From assembly GCA_964633415.1 (NCBI GenBank), contig CAZWFY010000003.1, forward strand, positions 12,460 through 76,459: a DNA stretch of 64,000 nt, in the 5' to 3' direction. Positions 36,148-46,858 of the stretch are shown one piece after another. The notes under the pieces were generated by a model. That model searched no databases and had not been told where the DNA came from. It worked only from the letters and a program-made list of their open reading frames with translations. Each line of letters begins with the position of its first letter. Within the stretch, counting starts at the first letter, position 1. Made by a program: the position numbers and the translations under genes. This DNA comes from an uncultured Clostridia bacterium. GTDB lineage: Bacteria; Acidobacteriota; Aminicenantia; UBA2199.

Positions 36148-37326
36148 GTGACTGGAATAAAAATGGATCAGATAAAAAAGTTTTATATTACCGAGTTTTT
36201 AAAAACACAGAACTATTTTATCCCTGTAATGATACTTTTTCTTCAGTTCAACAAGCTTAATTACACTCAGATCTTTACATTATACTCCATTCAATCTGCA
36301 GCTGTTTTTCTCCTTGAAATCCCGAGCGGAATACTTGCGGATCGAATAGGAAAGAAACCCGCTCTGTTAGTTTCCAGAGTTTCTCTTATTCCTGCTTATT
36401 TTATTTTTGCTTTTCTTTCCGGATTCTTATGGTTCCTGTTTGCAATGATATTTCTTGCTGTAAATAAAGCCTTTAAGTCGGGTACTCATAAAGCGTTTAT
36501 TTTTGACTATCTGAAATATAGCGGCTCGGAAGTGACTCCAACCGAAGTTTATGGCAAGTGTAAGTTCTGGGCAAGGATCGGTGAAGCCATCGCTTCCGTT
36601 GCAGGAGGGGTTATTGCCGTAAAATACGGATATGAAACGGTTTTTCTTGCAGCGTTAATACCGGTTATTCTGAATATATTTAATACTGTAAGTTATGCTG
36701 ATATTGAGGGAAAAATTGGGATACGAATTCCGGGATTAAGAGAACAGTTCATTCATATTAAGAATTCAGCTATGGAGATATATGGGAAGAAAAATATGTT
36801 AAAGCTGATTCTTAATTCCGCTCTTTTTATTTTTTGTATCGAAGCTTCTGAAAAATTCCTTCAGCCATATATGGTGTCGGCAAAGATAAAAGTTGAATAT
36901 TTCGGTGTAATTTATATGATATTTATGCTCATAACCGCTTTTGCATCGAGATATTCATATACATTGGAAAAGCATTTCAAAAGATATTCGATAATAAATT
37001 CTCTGGGAATATTTGCGATCATCCCGTTTATATTTTTTTGGATCGGTATTGTTGAAAAATGGGGGATAGTTTTTTTTCTGATGATCTTTTTGTTAAAAAA
37101 TCTAAGAAGACCCATCTTAACTACAGCGTTGAATGAAAATATATCTTCATCAAACAGAGCGACGATTCTTTCGATCACGGCTCTTGCAAAATCAGTTTTC
37201 CTTATGCTTTTTCTACCGGTTATCGGATATATCTCCGATAATTTTTCAATGACCGGTGCTTTTATTGTAATCGGTCTGCTTGCTTTAATAAACGGAATTG
37301 TTTTTAAAATAGACAATACACCCTGA
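36148..37326 (+). CDS. MFS transporter
   Basis: LEIPSGILADRIGKK motif A; about 12 hydrophobic segments; NRATILSI. Start may be ATG 36163. Confidence 0.92.
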   Translation: MTGIKMDQIKKFYITEFLKTQNYFIPVMILFLQFNKLNYTQIFTLYSIQSAAVFLLEIPSGILADRIGKKPALLVSRVSLIPAYFIFAFLSGFLWFLFAMIFLAVNKAFKSGTHKAFIFDYLKYSGSEVTPTEVYGKCKFWARIGEAIASVAGGVIAVKYGYETVFLAALIPVILNIFNTVSYADIEGKIGIRIPGLREQFIHIKNSAMEIYGKKNMLKLILNSALFIFCIEASEKFLQPYMVSAKIKVEYFGVIYMIFMLITAFASRYSYTLEKHFKRYSIINSLGIFAIIPFIFFWIGIVEKWGIVFFLMIFLLKNLRRPILTTALNENISSSNRATILSITALAKSVFLMLFLPVIGYISDNFSMTGAFIVIGLLALINGIVFKIDNTP

Positions 37327-37408
37327 GTTGTTAAAAAAACAGAAAAATTTCCGAAATAGTTTTTGATCTTACATAAAAAAGTATCTTAAAACAGAATTAA
37401 GAAATTTT

Positions 37409-38605
37409 TTATTTACTCCATGTCTGTCCCCAGTTAATAAACTTAGTCTTCAAGTTTTTCTTCTTTGTATACATGAATACTTCGATTTTCTGAGAAGAAA
37501 AAGGTGAAGATCCAGTGTAGTTCAACTCTACAATCACTTGATTTTTAAAGTGAACCTGCCCTTTCGGTACTCCGTAAGGAAGACCTCCCGCCGGAATATA
37601 TGACCAGTTATTGGTTCCCACGATATGAGCTCCTAAAAAACATGCTTTTTGAAATTCGGGTGATATGAAATATCTGACCTGAAATTTTACTTTGGAGGGG
37701 GTAATGAAAATCATATTTATATCCTGAATATCAAACTTATATTGAGGTATTGCTTTCATAAGTTTTACCGGATCATATGCTTTTAGTAATTTCTTTGGAA
37801 AAAATTTGTTTTTATTACTGTTTTTACTCCATGTTTTTACCCAGTTCACTCTGGTACTCCTCAGAGTATTCTCTTTAGTATAAATAAAAAATTCTATCTT
37901 TTTTGAAGTAAAGGGTGCAGATCCGGTATAGTTTAATTCAAGGGAAATATTGTCTCTAAAGTTTATCTGTCCTTTCGGTACTCCATTAGGAATTCTTCCT
38001 GCAGGGATATATGACCAGTTATTAGTTCCGACTATGCGTGCTCCGATAAAGCATGGTTTGTTATATTTGGGGGTAATAAAATATCGGATTAAAAACTTTT
38101 CTTTGGAAGGTGATTTAAAAGTGCTCCTTACATTGAAAATCTGAAATTTATCAAAATCTTTATTCCATGTTTGTCCCCAATTTATATCCATACTTTTCAA
38201 TGTCTTATCCTTTGTATAGATATATACTTCAATCTTTTCCGATGTAAAGGGAGATGATCCGGTATAGTTTAATTCAACGGATACATTATTATCAAAATGT
38301 ATTTGTCCTTTCGGAACACCATAGGGAACTCTTCCTGCGGGGATATATGACCAATTGTCTGTCCCTTTAATATGTGCTCCTATAAAGCAGGGTTTTGGGA
38401 ATTTTGGAGATATGAAATATTGAACCAAAAATTTTATTTTGGCTGGATTTGTAATAATTCTCTTTATACCCTGAATATCAAATTTATAAAGCTGCATAAC
38501 CTTTAAAGCTTTAACAGGATATACTTCTGCATACTGAAATTGTCGAGAAAAGAAAAACAGAGATAATGCAAATAAAATTAAGATAAAAATTGTTGATTTT
38601 TTCAT
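37409..38605 (-). CDS. Secreted protein of three ~110-aa tandem repeats (unrecognised domain)
   Basis: Signal peptide; repeats at aa 40-149, 152-261, 289-398 share CFxGAxIxGTxNWSYIPAGxxPxGVPKGQ and ELNYTGSxPFxSxKIE. Confidence 0.85.
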   Translation of the reverse strand: MKKSTIFILILFALSLFFFSRQFQYAEVYPVKALKVMQLYKFDIQGIKRIITNPAKIKFLVQYFISPKFPKPCFIGAHIKGTDNWSYIPAGRVPYGVPKGQIHFDNNVSVELNYTGSSPFTSEKIEVYIYTKDKTLKSMDINWGQTWNKDFDKFQIFNVRSTFKSPSKEKFLIRYFITPKYNKPCFIGARIVGTNNWSYIPAGRIPNGVPKGQINFRDNISLELNYTGSAPFTSKKIEFFIYTKENTLRSTRVNWVKTWSKNSNKNKFFPKKLLKAYDPVKLMKAIPQYKFDIQDINMIFITPSKVKFQVRYFISPEFQKACFLGAHIVGTNNWSYIPAGGLPYGVPKGQVHFKNQVIVELNYTGSSPFSSQKIEVFMYTKKKNLKTKFINWGQTWSK

Positions 38606-38760
38606 TATTCCTCCATAATTTATTTTAGTATAATTAAATATAAAAATTCAATATAAGTCTCAAAAAATATTTAGATAGAAGAATTTATGATTCTTCTTGG
38701 TACAGCAATTTTTAGTATAACTTCAGCAAATGGTCTTGTTTTTATTCTATTTCAGCTTTT

Positions 38761-39993
38761 CTATTCCGTCCAAAGTTTCATTAGGTTGACTATTACTTCG
38801 GAGGCTTTTTCCATATCTTCAAGAGTGATCCATTCATATCTTGAATGGAAATTTGAACCGCCTGTGAAAATATTGGGTGTCGGTAGTCCCATGAAGCTTA
38901 ATCTTGCACCGTCTGTCCCGCCTCTGATAATATTTTTCTTCGGTTCTATTCCCGACAATTTTATTGCATCAACCGCTTTTTTTGTAACTTGAGGATACTT
39001 ATCAAGAATGATCTTCATATTTCTATATGATTCGATCTCTTTGATCTCCGCTTTGGCACCTTTGAATTGTTTCAATACTTCATCGACCGTATTTTTAATA
39101 TATATCTCTTTTTCTTTAAGTCCGGATTCTTCAAAATCTCTGATAAGTATTTTTATTATTACTTTTTCACCGCCCCCGGAAATAGTAAAAGGATGTATAT
39201 ATCCCTCACGTTTTTCAGTTGTTTCAGGAGACAATGAATCTTTCGGAAAAGAATCGATTATCGCTCCTGCAACTTTGATGGCGTTTACCAGTTTCCCTTT
39301 GGCATATCCCGGATGAACCATAATTCCGGTAATATGAATTTCAACCGTATCCGCACAGAAAGTTTCATCTTCTATCTCTCCCAGTTTCTCTCCGTCAAGT
39401 GTATATCCGTAATCAGCGTTTATCTGTTCCGTTGTAATGTGCTCTGTCCCTCTTCCGACCTCTTCATCGGGTGTGAATAGTATCCTGATATTAGGTCGGG
39501 GAGAATCCGGATTGTTTATAAGATAATTGATCGCACACATTATTTCGGATACACCGGCTTTGTCATCAGCTCCGAGAAGTGTAGTGCCGTCGGATGTTAT
39601 TATGGTCTTTCCTGTTTTTTTAGATAACTCGGGGGTCTCTGAAATTTTTAATATTATATTTTCGTTTCTGTTTATTACTATATCCTTTCCATTATAATTT
39701 TTATGAATCAGAGGTTTTACATCTTTCCCCGATACATCCGGAGAAGTATCAACATGGCTTATTAGTGCAATAGTAGGCATTTTTTCTTTTTGGTTTGTTT
39801 TTAACGTAGCCGTCAGGTATCCCCATTTATCAAGATTGACATCATCAAGATTCATATCATTTAATTCGGATTTCAATTTGTTTAAAAGGTCGAATTGTTT
39901 TTTTGTTGAAGGAAAGCTTTCCGATTCTTCATCGGATTGAGTATCGATCTTAACATAACTAAGAAATCTGTCTAAAATATTCGGAAAATTCAT
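38761..39993 (-). CDS. pepT: Peptidase T (M20B tripeptidase)
   Basis: SHVDTS, TLLGADDKAG, PDEEVG, HPGYAKGK, IRGGTDG, NFHSRYE. Confidence 0.96.
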   Translation of the reverse strand: MNFPNILDRFLSYVKIDTQSDEESESFPSTKKQFDLLNKLKSELNDMNLDDVNLDKWGYLTATLKTNQKEKMPTIALISHVDTSPDVSGKDVKPLIHKNYNGKDIVINRNENIILKISETPELSKKTGKTIITSDGTTLLGADDKAGVSEIMCAINYLINNPDSPRPNIRILFTPDEEVGRGTEHITTEQINADYGYTLDGEKLGEIEDETFCADTVEIHITGIMVHPGYAKGKLVNAIKVAGAIIDSFPKDSLSPETTEKREGYIHPFTISGGGEKVIIKILIRDFEESGLKEKEIYIKNTVDEVLKQFKGAKAEIKEIESYRNMKIILDKYPQVTKKAVDAIKLSGIEPKKNIIRGGTDGARLSFMGLPTPNIFTGGSNFHSRYEWITLEDMEKASEVIVNLMKLWTE

Positions 39994-40272
39994 TGTTTAC
40001 CTCCATTAAAACTTAATACAAATATTATATAGCAATTCAACAATCAATAACAGAAAAAGATTAATTTTTTTGTTGAGAATTTTTTCCCGTTATTCTACTA
40101 TGTTATATATGAAAAGAAATATGTCGGGAAACTGTTATCTATTTCCGACAGAAGAAGTAAACTTTTTTAAAATAATATCTATAATAACTATTTGTATCCT
40201 TTTTACAGGGTTATATTCTTTTACTTCCGGTAATTCTATTGTATATTTTGGAAATGTTTACAGGGAGAAAAG

Positions 40273-41802
40273 TTGAAAAAGAAAATAGTTTTAATAATTA
40301 TATTAATGCTGACAATAGTTATAAACGGTTTTGGAGAATGCAATATTATAGTTGCAGGAACTTCAAGATTCCCGGTTACTTTGGATCCGGCAGAACCATG
40401 GGATGACAGTTCAACAATTTATATAAAAAGCATTTTTGATACACTTGTAACGTTAGAGCCTTCAACTCTTAGAGTATTGCCGTCACTTGCCATATCATGG
40501 AAATCATCTGACAATGGGTTAAACTGGATATTTAATTTAAGACACGGAGTAAGCTTTCACGATGGAACTCCTTTTAATGCGGATGCTGTCGTTTTTACAT
40601 TTGATAGATTGAGAAATAAAAAATCCAAGTATAGATTTTATGCTTTCCCTCTATATGATGAGATATTCTATGCATTAAAGGAAGTTAAAAAGATTGATGA
40701 ATATACGGTTGCTTTCACTCTTTCCGAGCCTTTTGCTCCTTTTCTTGCTACTTTAAGTGTTGATTGCGTGTCAATTATTTCACCTTCAGCAGTGAAAAAT
40801 CATAAAGCTGATTTTCACAACCATCCGGTAGGAACCGGTCCCTTTAAGTTAAGTATGTGGAAAAAAGAGAAAAGACTAGAGCTTCTGAGATTTGATGGTT
40901 ACTGGGGAAAGAAACCAGGTTTTTCTAAATATATCACTATTTTGAGTAATAATCTTAATAGTCTGCTTAACTCTTTTAAAGAAAAGAAAATTGATGTATT
41001 GTTTAGTTTTTCTATTTCCCGACTTGTATCTTTAAAAGGACTTAGTTGGGTTGGAAGATCGGAAACAATGAGTCTGGCTTCAACCTTTCTTGTGTTTAAT
41101 TTTAACAATACTTATTTAAAGAACCCTCTCTTCAGGAAAGCTATGAATTATTTGTGGAATCCGAAAATCGTAAAACTTGTATATCAAAATTATGCATCAC
41201 CACTTTATTCTGTAATTCCTTATGGAGTTCCGGGTTACAGAAAAGATAATTTATATCCGTTCTCTGTGGAGAAAGCAAAAAGAATGCTATCAAAAGCAGG
41301 CATTAAGAATAATATTAATCTACGTTTTCTCTTAATGGAAGGATCCGGGCTTGCTCTTCATATTATTACACTTTATTCAAGAAATCTTAGAAAAGCAGGA
41401 ATAAAATTGAAAATTGAAAGAGTTAAAACCGGAAAAGAGTATAATGATAAAATAGTTAAAGGGGATTTTGATCTTACTTATTCAGGTTGGATCGCTGATT
41501 ATCCCGACACTGATTCAATGGTAAGACCTCTATTTTCCAAAGATATGAAAAAAAATGGGTTTCCGAATTTTTCGGAATGGAAAAATGATAAGGTAAGAAA
41601 ACTGATAAATGAAGCGAGGAAGACAGGGGATATTAAAAAGAGGGAATTGTTGTATAAGAAGATAAATAATATTATAAGTATAAATGCTCTGAGTGTTCCT
41701 TTATATCAGAGTAAATTGGTTGTGATATACAATAGGAGAATAGGGGAATTAAAGGTAACACCGTTTAGAATGATGAATTTATTGTCACTCGGGGAAAAAT
41801 GA
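40273..41802 (+). CDS. Family 5 (Opp/Dpp-like) extracellular solute-binding protein
   Basis: TLDPAE, LAISWKSSDNGLNWIFNLRHGVSFHDGTPFNADAVVFT signature, GTGPFKL; no permease/ATPase adjacent. Confidence 0.92.
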   Translation: MKKKIVLIIILMLTIVINGFGECNIIVAGTSRFPVTLDPAEPWDDSSTIYIKSIFDTLVTLEPSTLRVLPSLAISWKSSDNGLNWIFNLRHGVSFHDGTPFNADAVVFTFDRLRNKKSKYRFYAFPLYDEIFYALKEVKKIDEYTVAFTLSEPFAPFLATLSVDCVSIISPSAVKNHKADFHNHPVGTGPFKLSMWKKEKRLELLRFDGYWGKKPGFSKYITILSNNLNSLLNSFKEKKIDVLFSFSISRLVSLKGLSWVGRSETMSLASTFLVFNFNNTYLKNPLFRKAMNYLWNPKIVKLVYQNYASPLYSVIPYGVPGYRKDNLYPFSVEKAKRMLSKAGIKNNINLRFLLMEGSGLALHIITLYSRNLRKAGIKLKIERVKTGKEYNDKIVKGDFDLTYSGWIADYPDTDSMVRPLFSKDMKKNGFPNFSEWKNDKVRKLINEARKTGDIKKRELLYKKINNIISINALSVPLYQSKLVVIYNRRIGELKVTPFRMMNLLSLGEK

Positions 41803-43994
41803 AGATAACATTAAAGCTATTTATTTCGTTTTTTATTATTGCTGCTTTGGTATCATTTGTCTCGATATTTTTCTCTATAAAATCAATCTCATCCAGATAT
41901 GAGAGTTCTGCAAATAATGAAATCAGAGATTTATCTCAACAAACCGAGAATGTTTTTTATGAATATCTCAGTGAATTATCAAGGAAGGCACTCTTTTTGT
42001 CGGAGTTGAGAGAGATTACGGATAATCTGGATAATCCGGATGAGATTTTAACTATGATCGAATTGAAAGCTTTTTTTCTTACATCTGTAAATGTCAGAAT
42101 TATAAACGAAAAGAATAAAATAGTTGTTTATAAGAATTTTTCGTCCGAGTGTAATCTTCCGAAAGATAATCTGTTTAAAATATCATTTTTTTCCAACATA
42201 AAAGATACTTTCCTTAGAAAATCAGGTCTTGTGGAGATAAACGGGAATATTTCCATGCTCTCTATTTCACCGATAATTGATTCCGACTCATTTGAAAGTA
42301 TAGGCAGACTTATTCTTGAAATCCCCATAGATTCCGAATTTGCAGATCAGATCAGGGAAAAGGTAAAATCCGAGATAATTTTATCTTCAAATAGAAAAAA
42401 GATAGGTACGACATTTTTGGATTCCAATGGGGAAAGGTTGTTCCCGAAAACAAAATTAGTTTCTAATAACAAAGATAAAAGGGTTAGAATTGAGAATAAA
42501 ACATACCTATCAAATTTTATCTCTATAAAGGATAATCTCGGAGAAAAAGTCGGGTATATTGAAGTGTTTTTGAATATTGATGATCTTTTGCAGGCAAAAA
42601 GTCTTGATATAAGAAGTCTGATATGGGTATCGTTTATTGTATTTGTTGTTATCATAATAATCAGCTTTATTATCGGTAGAAAATTATCGGAACCAATATT
42701 AAATCTTTCGAAAAGTGCCGAATCGATATCAAAAGGTGATCTTGATATTAGTATAAAAGCGGTTTCTCATGATGAGATAGGGACTTTAACGGTCACATTC
42801 AACAAGATGGCGGAATCTCTGAAATCTCAAAGGGAAAATCTTGAGCATATACGTCTATATCTGAAAAATATTATTGATTCAATGCCTTCTATCCTGATCG
42901 GTGTCGATACGAATGGCAGGGTAACCCAGTGGAATGCCGAAGCAGAAAGAAAAACATCAGTTGCAAGCGATAATGCAATAGGTAAATCATTGAAGGATCT
43001 TTTCCCTCAATTCGAAAATGATCTGGAACTTATAAAGAGATCTATTAAGGATAAAAAACCCCAGAAGATAGAAAAAGTTCTTGCTAAAATTCAGGATGAT
43101 ATTCAATATACGGATATTATGATATATCCTTTGGTTGCAAACGGAGTAGAGGGTGCCGTTATACGGATGGACGATGTGACTTCCCGTGTAAGAATTGAGA
43201 ATATGATGATGCAGACGGAAAAAATGATGTCTGTCGGAGGACTTGCTGCAGGAATGGCACATGAGATAAACAATCCTTTGGGCGGAATACTGCTCGGAGT
43301 CCAGAATATTTTGAGAAGATTATCCGATGATTTTGAGTCTAATGTAAAAACAGCTGAAGAGTGCGGAATTGATTTTGAAAAATTGAAATTATATATGGAA
43401 AAACAGAAGATTATTAGTTTTCTTGAAATTATTCATAAGTCGGGAGAAAGGGCTTCTAATATTGTTTCAAATATGCTTAATTTCAGCAGAAGAAGTGAAT
43501 CAAAAAAGGGTCCGGTTGATCTTGACATTGTTATTAATACTACTATCGAACTTGCAAGAAATGATTATGATTTAAAGAAAAAATATGATTTCAGACATAT
43601 GGATATCTCATTGGAGTATGATGATCCCATACCCAAGATTATGTGTGTGGAAAATGAGATACAACAGGTAATATTAAATCTACTGAAGAATTCCGTCCAG
43701 GCTATTTTTAACATGAAAAATATCGTTAAAGATCCGAAAATTGTGATCTCTCTGAAAAAAGAGGATAAAATGGCAGTGATTAGAATTAGGGATAATGGTC
43801 CCGGAATGGATGAGGATACTCTTAAAAGAATTTTTGAACCGTTTTTTACAACTAAGGTTGTAGGAGAAGGAACCGGGTTGGGTTTGTCGGTTTCATATTT
43901 TATTATTTCCACAAATCATAAGGGGGTTATTTATGCCGAGTCGGAACTTGGGAAGGGGACTACTTTTGTTGTAAAACTTCCCTATACGGAGTAA
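41799..43994 (+). CDS. Sensor histidine kinase (TM sensor-HAMP-PAS-HisKA-HATPase)
   Basis: Two TMs, HAMP (DEIGTL), PAS (WNAEAE), [35 protein letters not shown]. Confidence 0.96.
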   Translation: MKITLKLFISFFIIAALVSFVSIFFSIKSISSRYESSANNEIRDLSQQTENVFYEYLSELSRKALFLSELREITDNLDNPDEILTMIELKAFFLTSVNVRIINEKNKIVVYKNFSSECNLPKDNLFKISFFSNIKDTFLRKSGLVEINGNISMLSISPIIDSDSFESIGRLILEIPIDSEFADQIREKVKSEIILSSNRKKIGTTFLDSNGERLFPKTKLVSNNKDKRVRIENKTYLSNFISIKDNLGEKVGYIEVFLNIDDLLQAKSLDIRSLIWVSFIVFVVIIIISFIIGRKLSEPILNLSKSAESISKGDLDISIKAVSHDEIGTLTVTFNKMAESLKSQRENLEHIRLYLKNIIDSMPSILIGVDTNGRVTQWNAEAERKTSVASDNAIGKSLKDLFPQFENDLELIKRSIKDKKPQKIEKVLAKIQDDIQYTDIMIYPLVANGVEGAVIRMDDVTSRVRIENMMMQTEKMMSVGGLAAGMAHEINNPLGGILLGVQNILRRLSDDFESNVKTAEECGIDFEKLKLYMEKQKIISFLEIIHKSGERASNIVSNMLNFSRRSESKKGPVDLDIVINTTIELARNDYDLKKKYDFRHMDISLEYDDPIPKIMCVENEIQQVILNLLKNSVQAIFNMKNIVKDPKIVISLKKEDKMAVIRIRDNGPGMDEDTLKRIFEPFFTTKVVGEGTGLGLSVSYFIISTNHKGVIYAESELGKGTTFVVKLPYTE

Positions 43995-43999
43995 CCGGA

Positions 44000-44368
44000 T
44001 TGGGGAAAAAAATCAAAATCCTTATAGTAGATGATGAAGATATTGTAAGGATTGCATTGGAAGAATATTTAAAAGATGAAGGGTTTGATGTATCTTCTTC
44101 GGTAAGCGGGGAAGAGGCTCTCGAAATAATTAAAAAAAAAATAATGGATATCGGGATAATTGATATGAGATTACCCGGTATTGACGGAAATTCTCTTATT
44201 ATTGAAGCGAAAAAGATCAATCCGGATATGAAGTTTGTTGTCCATACCGGGTCGATGGGATATTCAATTCCAAAATCTTTGCAGGAAATCGGAATAACAG
44301 AATCTCTGGTATTTAAGAAACCGATCAGTGATATTAATCTTTTTGTGAAAACATTAAAAACACTTTAA
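44000..44368 (+). CDS. Stand-alone response regulator receiver
   Basis: ILIVDDE, IIDMRLPGIDG (phospho-Asp), HTG, FKKP; no output domain. Confidence 0.93.
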   Translation: MGKKIKILIVDDEDIVRIALEEYLKDEGFDVSSSVSGEEALEIIKKKIMDIGIIDMRLPGIDGNSLIIEAKKINPDMKFVVHTGSMGYSIPKSLQEIGITESLVFKKPISDINLFVKTLKTL

Positions 44369-44492
44369 AATAATTTTTCTATTTTACAAGCTTATAATTT
44401 CTAAATTCTATCTAAATTGAAATAACTCATTTACTTTGTTAAAATATATTATATTCGGGAAAGTTAAAATAAAGAGTTTTTAGGAGAAAATT

Positions 44493-45761
44493 TTGAACTT
44501 AGCAGTAATGGGACTTCAATGGGGAGATGAAGGTAAAGGTAAAGCAATAGATTTTCTGGCATCGGATTATGAAGTTGTAATTAGATATCAGGGAGGGCAT
44601 AATGCGGGGCATACAATATATTTTAAGGGGAAAAAAATTGTACTCCACCTTTTACCCTCGGGGATCTTTTCACCGGAGACAGTTTCCGTGATCGGAAATG
44701 GAGTTGTTATCAATCCTGTCGAACTTCTCAAAGAGATGAAAGCTGTAGAAAATAGCGGTATCAAGTTGGATAATCTGATCTTAAGTTCGATGGCACCGTT
44801 GATACTTCCTATGCATCAAAAGCTTGATATGATCTATGAAAATTCCAGATATATAAAAATCGGAACTACGAAAAGAGGCATCGGTCCTGCTTATGAGGAT
44901 TTGACAGGAAGAAGATCACTCTTTGTAAAAGATCTGTTTGACAGGGATGTTTTTTTGAGAAAGGTAAAGCCTTTAAATGAGTATTACAACAGAATAGTTG
45001 AAGTTTACGGAGGGGAAAAGATCGATATGTATTCCTATGTAGATAGTTATATCGAAGCCGGTGCCGATTTAAAAAAATATACTAAAGATACCGTTTATCT
45101 TTTAAACTCATTATTCAATAAAGGAAAAAAAATTCTATTTGAGGGAGCGCAGGGATCACTTCTTGATATAAATTTCGGGACTTTTCCTTATGTTACTTCA
45201 TCCAATCCTACTGTCGGAGGAATATTTACCGGGTCAGGTCTTTCTCATAAAGCTTTGGATAAGATTATCGGTGTGACGAAAGCATATACAACAAGAGTCG
45301 GGGGAGGTCCTTTCCCATCGGAGTTGACAGATTCAACAGGAGAATATTTAAGAAAAAAAGGTAATGAGTTCGGAGCGACTACCGGAAGACCGAGAAGAGT
45401 CGGTTGGCTTGATCTGGTTGCTCTTAAATATGCAGTAATGATAAACGGAGTTGATTCTCTATTCCTTACGAAACTTGACGTACTTGATGATCTGGATGAG
45501 ATTAAGCTCATTACCTCTTATAAAGATATTTCCGGTGAGAGTAAAGAGTTTATTTCGTATCTGGAGTATATTGAGTCCGTAAAAGGCATCGGAAATTCAT
45601 TTCCGGGATGGAAAGAGAGAACTGATCAAGTTGTAAAATATACCGATCTTCCTGTAAATTCAAAGAGATATATAAAATTTATTGAAGATTATGTTGGGAT
45701 TCCGGTTGAATTTATATCAAATGGAGTAAAGAGAGATCAAACTATCAGGAGAAGCATCTGA
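44493..45761 (+). CDS. purA: Adenylosuccinate synthetase
   Basis: GLQWGDEGKGK, GGHNAGHT, EGAQG, EFGATTGRPRRVGW; TTG start with AGGAG SD. Confidence 0.98.
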   Translation: MNLAVMGLQWGDEGKGKAIDFLASDYEVVIRYQGGHNAGHTIYFKGKKIVLHLLPSGIFSPETVSVIGNGVVINPVELLKEMKAVENSGIKLDNLILSSMAPLILPMHQKLDMIYENSRYIKIGTTKRGIGPAYEDLTGRRSLFVKDLFDRDVFLRKVKPLNEYYNRIVEVYGGEKIDMYSYVDSYIEAGADLKKYTKDTVYLLNSLFNKGKKILFEGAQGSLLDINFGTFPYVTSSNPTVGGIFTGSGLSHKALDKIIGVTKAYTTRVGGGPFPSELTDSTGEYLRKKGNEFGATTGRPRRVGWLDLVALKYAVMINGVDSLFLTKLDVLDDLDEIKLITSYKDISGESKEFISYLEYIESVKGIGNSFPGWKERTDQVVKYTDLPVNSKRYIKFIEDYVGIPVEFISNGVKRDQTIRRSI

Positions 45762-45764
45762 TAA

Positions 45765-46778
45765 ATGTATGATAAAAATCAAATTATAAAAGAAATAAAA
45801 AGAGTGGCCAAAGTTTTAGGGGAAAAAAGTTTAGACAGGAGTGACTTTATTTCCCGGACAATGATCCCTGAAAAAACAGTGGATTTTTATATAGTCTCTT
45901 GGCAGGATGCATTGGTTGAGGCAGGACTAGAGCCCCATGGTAAAAAACTGAATGATATTTCCGACAATAAACTCCTTGAGGATCTTATCAGGTTGTATAA
46001 TCAGTATGGGGAAATACCTACTATGTCTCTGATTCACGACAGTGGGAAATATCCCGGCGAAAAATACAAAGAGAGATGGAGAACTTTGGAAGATGCAATG
46101 AATGTTGCAAAAAGAAAATTTCCTGAATATATTAAAGAAAATGAGGTTAATCACATTTATGAGGATAAGAGTGCGGCTTCCGATTCTTCGATCTTTAATC
46201 TTGATGATACCATGGTCTCAATTAACAGAGAAGATCTGATACTGAAAAAAAGTGATAATAAGGAGATAAAGCATAAAGAGGAAAAAGATGAGGATTACGA
46301 TTTTAATTTCAGAACGGATAATGTTGGAATTGAAAATCTTCTTAGTGAACTGCCGAAAAAAAACAAAAAGAAAAAAAGAAAGATAATACCTAAAACAATT
46401 AAGCCGGATAAAAAAAATATTCTTAAAGACGATATAATAGATTTCAGAGGTTTAAAAACAATTCCGGATAAAAAAGAGGAGCTGATATTTCTGTTCGGGA
46501 TGGTTTGCGAGGAGTTGAATTATAATATTATCTCTTTTTCGAAAAAGAGCGGGTGCTTCTCCGGGAAAAGACTTTCCGGAGAAAAAAAGAGTGCATGGGA
46601 GAATATAAACATCTCTTTTTTTGTAAACAGTTCCGACTGTAAAGATTATTTAAGTTCAGACCATAGTTGTGATCTTGTTGTATGCTGGAATCATGATTGG
46701 ATTAAATGTCCGGTTGAGATCTTAGAGTTGAAATCGACAATAGAGTTGCTTGAAAATTACAGCCCTTTCGAAAAATAG
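45765..46778 (+). CDS. Homing-endonuclease-associated (HNH) repeat protein with degenerate nuclease-like C-terminal domain
   Basis: Two helical repeats (IIKEIKRVAKVLG...SWQDALVEAGL; LLEDLIRLYNQYGEIPT...RWRTLEDAM); acidic/basic linker; C-terminal LFGMVCEEL...CDLVVCWNHDWIKCPVEILELK. Confidence 0.65.
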   Translation: MYDKNQIIKEIKRVAKVLGEKSLDRSDFISRTMIPEKTVDFYIVSWQDALVEAGLEPHGKKLNDISDNKLLEDLIRLYNQYGEIPTMSLIHDSGKYPGEKYKERWRTLEDAMNVAKRKFPEYIKENEVNHIYEDKSAASDSSIFNLDDTMVSINREDLILKKSDNKEIKHKEEKDEDYDFNFRTDNVGIENLLSELPKKNKKKKRKIIPKTIKPDKKNILKDDIIDFRGLKTIPDKKEELIFLFGMVCEELNYNIISFSKKSGCFSGKRLSGEKKSAWENINISFFVNSSDCKDYLSSDHSCDLVVCWNHDWIKCPVEILELKSTIELLENYSPFEK

Positions 46779-46780
46779 CG

Positions 46781-46809
46781 TTGACTTAATAGCACTAATA
46801 AGGTATAAT
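46781..46809 (+). promoter_or_regulatory. Sigma70 promoter of thioredoxin
   Basis: TTGACT-N17-TATAAT. Confidence 0.8.
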
Positions 46810-46858
46810 TAAACTTTAACATTAAAAATTCTTGTAAAGAATTCGATAGAGGAGAAAA

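Noticed and set aside
38677-38697. Inverted repeat AGAAGAAT-N5-ATTCTTCT as pepT terminator or operator
   Set aside because: AT-rich 8-bp stem without an adjacent U-tract; not distinguishable from chance at this composition.
40070-40276. 68-aa ORF ahead of the SBP gene
   Set aside because: Starts with TTG in probable promoter DNA, no clear SD or motif; not supportable without homology.
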